From IMG/VR virus record IMGVR_UViG_3300045988_085140: a DNA stretch of 64,000 nucleotides; one strand, given 5' to 3'. Within the stretch, counting starts at the first letter, position 1; each line of letters starts with the position of its first letter. The position numbers and the translations under genes are program-made. Below, one piece after another: positions 61,550-64,000 of this stretch. Below the pieces are notes generated by a model, which was not told where the DNA came from, did no database searches, and worked only from the letters and a program-made list of their open reading frames with translations. The stretch comes from a virus.

Positions 61550-62167
61550 CTAATATTTGCATCCGTGAAGATACGGACGTGATTCGTTATACTTCATTTT
61601 TAACTTGATGTACTCCATCAGGTCGATATTGTGATTGTGGGCGATTGCGAATACCCTCATGAGTATATCCTGAAGGGTATCTGATACAAACCAACTGCAA
61701 GACTCATTATCAACAAACCTACTAAAGTGTCCGTTGAGTCGGTACAAATCTTTTGCGATACTGCCTTTATTGATTGTGTTTTGAACCTTATATTGAATTT
61801 TGGCAACTTCATATTTGTCAGCAAGGCTAGAATCGCTTTTTAGTTTAATCAGCATATTGCTTTTCATCCATCCCAAGAGAGATAAGATACGAATGGCAAT
61901 ATCAGCGAACTCGGATTCAACCGTTCCTTCAAGAGCGTTCTTGTAGGCGGTAGGAATATCTCTGCCCATCTGAATCTCGCTCTCATAGTCTTCGATACTT
62001 CCGTGACGATTTTTGCGGTCTGCCTGAACAGCTTCTGCCATTTCTGTGATGATGAGCATCAATGCGGTTTCTATTTCTGTGCTCTCATTATAAAAACCAT
62101 GCTTGTAGGCATTCTCAAAAGCATCTCCTGCTAAGGATGCCAGTTCTTTCTGCGTTATAATTTTCAT
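61550..62167 (-). CDS. MazG-like all-alpha nucleotide pyrophosphohydrolase
   Basis: ALMLIITEMAEAVQADRK ... SEFADIAIRILSLLGW fits the ExxE...ExxD helical pattern of the MazG/NTP-PPase family. Confidence 0.5.
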   Translation of the reverse strand: MKIITQKELASLAGDAFENAYKHGFYNESTEIETALMLIITEMAEAVQADRKNRHGSIEDYESEIQMGRDIPTAYKNALEGTVESEFADIAIRILSLLGWMKSNMLIKLKSDSSLADKYEVAKIQYKVQNTINKGSIAKDLYRLNGHFSRFVDNESCSWFVSDTLQDILMRVFAIAHNHNIDLMEYIKLKMKYNESRPYLHGCKY

Positions 62168-62182
62168 ATTGTTCTTGATTTA

Positions 62183-62395
62183 TTATTTTCTGATAGTGAA
62201 TGCCATATCGTTGATGGTTCTGCACCAGTTTATCTTGCCTTCTGCGCATAACTCGTTGAGGGTTTGATAAGGATGCTGGAATCCTCTGTTGATGATTTCG
62301 GCTGTGAGGACGTGGGGCGGCACGATGTGGGCAGCTTCACGCTCTGCCTGAATCTCTGCGATGATGGCTAGGATTTTTTCTTTCTCTGTCTTCAT
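62183..62395 (-). CDS. hypothetical protein
   Basis: 70-aa ORF. Confidence 0.45.
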   Translation of the reverse strand: MKTEKEKILAIIAEIQAEREAAHIVPPHVLTAEIINRGFQHPYQTLNELCAEGKINWCRTINDMAFTIRK

Positions 62396-62609
62396 TTGGC
62401 GAAGGTAAAAATGAGACGTGTGTGACTTCGGACTGGAACATTAATAGTTCCCACATTCCGTTCAAGTCTTGTTGATACCACAAGCCATCGTGCATTGTTC
62501 CGATGATTGGGTTGCCTTTGTACCATATTACCATGGTCTTGTGGGTAAACATGGCTTTATGCGCTTTGCTGATACGCTTGCCTATCTTGATATATCCAAA
62601 AATATCCAT
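62337..62609 (-). CDS. hypothetical protein
   Basis: 90-aa ORF. Overlaps the next ORF by 59 nt. Confidence 0.4.
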   Translation of the reverse strand: MDIFGYIKIGKRISKAHKAMFTHKTMVIWYKGNPIIGTMHDGLWYQQDLNGMWELLMFQSEVTHVSFLPSPNEDRERKNPSHHRRDSGRA

Positions 62610-62612
62610 AAG

Positions 62613-64000
62613 CTAGAAGAGTGATAGCTGACCAGTCTTGTCGTGGTAGTGATTCCCTGAAGGGAATATCAGTTCCTCGAACATGGCGGTCAGGCAGTTG
62701 GTTACTATTGAATTTCCTGCTAGGGCATAGAGTTTGCTCTTGCTGATAATGAGTTGACCAGACTTCTCCTTGCTCAGGAGTTTGTCTATGTCAGCTTCGT
62801 GTACTCACATCAGTCGGAAACAATCTCTTGGAGTGTACTTTCTGATTTGGATGGAGTATTTCTTTCCGTTTGGTGCGGTGTGAATGATTTCTTTGTTCAT
62901 GATTGTTACGAATGTCATGTTTGCAGTATCAATGGTTGTCTTGATGGTAGGGGAGATACCTTGCATTACAGATTGGTTGTAGATGTCGAGAACTTGCCCC
63001 CCATATCAGGCTTGACCTTCCCTGATAGGAGTAGGGATTTCATACGTTTTCCTCCAGTTATCATATCTCTTTTACAATTAAGAATAGTGGGATGCAGTTA
63101 CCTCCGTGACCCATAGCAGAATTGAGAGTAGGGGAGATTCCCTTGGTGGAGTAGACTCTGGTCTGCTGCTCTATCCTGCCTTTGATTTGGAGGTTTGCTA
63201 GCTTTATAATTTTGTCGCACATTATAATTTCTTGATGATTAAAACTGCGTTGGCTGCTCTGCCATCGTTATGTATATAGTTGGCAAAACCAGCCTTATAA
63301 TAACTTGTACGGATGGTTCTACTTAAACCATCTACGTCTGAGTTGATGAGGAGTTTTCTGCTTGTAACTTTTTGATTATCAGTACCCCCCCCTAGGGAAA
63401 TGGTCAACACCAAGAAGATTGGCTATGCTGATTCCTGCGCTAAACGATGATGTGATGGTTGGTGAGCATCCATCAGCAGTTTTCGGTATTGCTATCTTCG
63501 GGGTAGAGTTTTTCGATTGATTCATTGATGTCTGCTTTGGTGAGATACTTTTCGAGAAGGGGCTGGGATAGGAAATATTCGGGAGATACGTTGTCTTCCA
63601 AGATGTCCTCAACCGTTGTCTCTAGTTTAATGGGAGAAGGGAAGTGATACTCTGGGTTCGGCTCGTCTTCTGTGCGTAGGATGGAGATAACGAAGATGCG
63701 CTCACGATTCTGAGGGATTCCGTAATCTTTTGCATTCAGTACCTTGTAGAAGGAGGTGTAACCAAAGGAGTCGAGGTCTTTGAGGTATTGGAAGAAGTAC
63801 TTCCTCATCTTATCTGTGAGTAGACCTTTCACGTTCTCTAGCATAACGTATTTTGGTTTCTTGACTGCCAGCATTCTCTTCTCCTGAAAGATAAGGGATG
63901 AGCGTGTGCCGCTTCCTTCCTCTGCTCCTTGGCGAAGTCCTGCATTGGAGAAATCTTGGCAAGGTGAAGACCATGATATGAAGTCGAAGTCGGGAACCTC
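62613..64000 (-). pseudogene. multi-TRD C5-cytosine DNA methyltransferase, fragmented (N-terminus beyond window)
   Basis: Motifs occur in order across five or more frames. SPCQDFSNAG / ENVKGL / QNRERIF are in 63473-64000. Three TRD-like pieces are CSPTITSS, TRVYSTKGISPTLNSAMGHGGN and QGISPTIKTT. RKYTPRDCFRLM-TGA-V comes next, then AGNSIVTN. Confidence 0.75.

Noticed and set aside
56825-62807. Stop-codon reassignment (TGA to Trp/Gly or TAG to Gln) as the explanation for the in-frame stops
   Set aside because: TGA and TAG are both used as genuine terminators of neighbouring well-defined genes: TGA at 609, 4501, 55141, 59859 and 61149, and TAG at 38075, 46818 and 57169. Two different stop codons are involved. 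The only tRNA has no UCA or CUA anticodon. Nonsense mutation or leaky read-through is more parsimonious.
62754-63116. 120-aa plus-strand ORF
   Set aside because: It is antisense to clear C5-MTase TRD and motif IX sequence on the minus strand, and its translation has no recognisable features.
1-64000. CRISPR arrays, diversity-generating retroelement, IS elements or transposases
   Set aside because: I saw no regularly spaced direct repeats, no reverse transcriptase or template/variable repeat pair near the fibre genes, and no transposase-like ORF or terminal inverted repeats.

Overview
The window is almost entirely one gene-dense, mosaic temperate dsDNA phage of Bacteroidota type. Host assignment rests on TAnnTTTG -7 promoter boxes, a Bacteroides-style tyrosine integrase and a DUF3127 protein. 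Phage genes flank the integrase on both sides, so this looks like the excised or circular gene order rather than a prophage-host junction. Layout:
- 1-5.6 kb (-): recombination and early genes (DUF1367, DUF3127, PD-(D/E)XK exonuclease, Erf), an odd tRNA, Xis-like HTH and Rha/KilAC.
- 5.6-8.4 kb: CI/Cro-like switch, two lipoprotein morons, integrase.
- 9-11.8 kb (+): accessory operon with RNase HI and a DUF2829 protein.
- 12.4-29.4 kb (+): two small proteins and a ~5030-aa polyvalent ORF.
- 30.6-33.6 kb (+): virion-associated genes.
- 33.7-37.7 kb (-): AT-rich receptor-binding cassette.
- 37.7-41.1 kb (-): packaging operon with an embedded rhomboid homologue.
- 41.2-50 kb (+): scaffold, capsid, portal and lysis genes.
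- 50.1-54.3 kb (-): large structural proteins.
- 54.3-62.6 kb (-): many small AT-rich early genes, including ThyX-like and MazG-like.
- 62.6-64 kb (-): a broken multi-TRD C5-methyltransferase.
The strongest leads are the punctuated polyvalent protein, a fixed-geometry promoter element in front of six late-type transcription units (the packaging operon has only a degenerate version), the phage rhomboid, the 8-nt-anticodon-loop tRNA and the decayed methyltransferase. All functional calls come from motifs read by eye; no database search was run.
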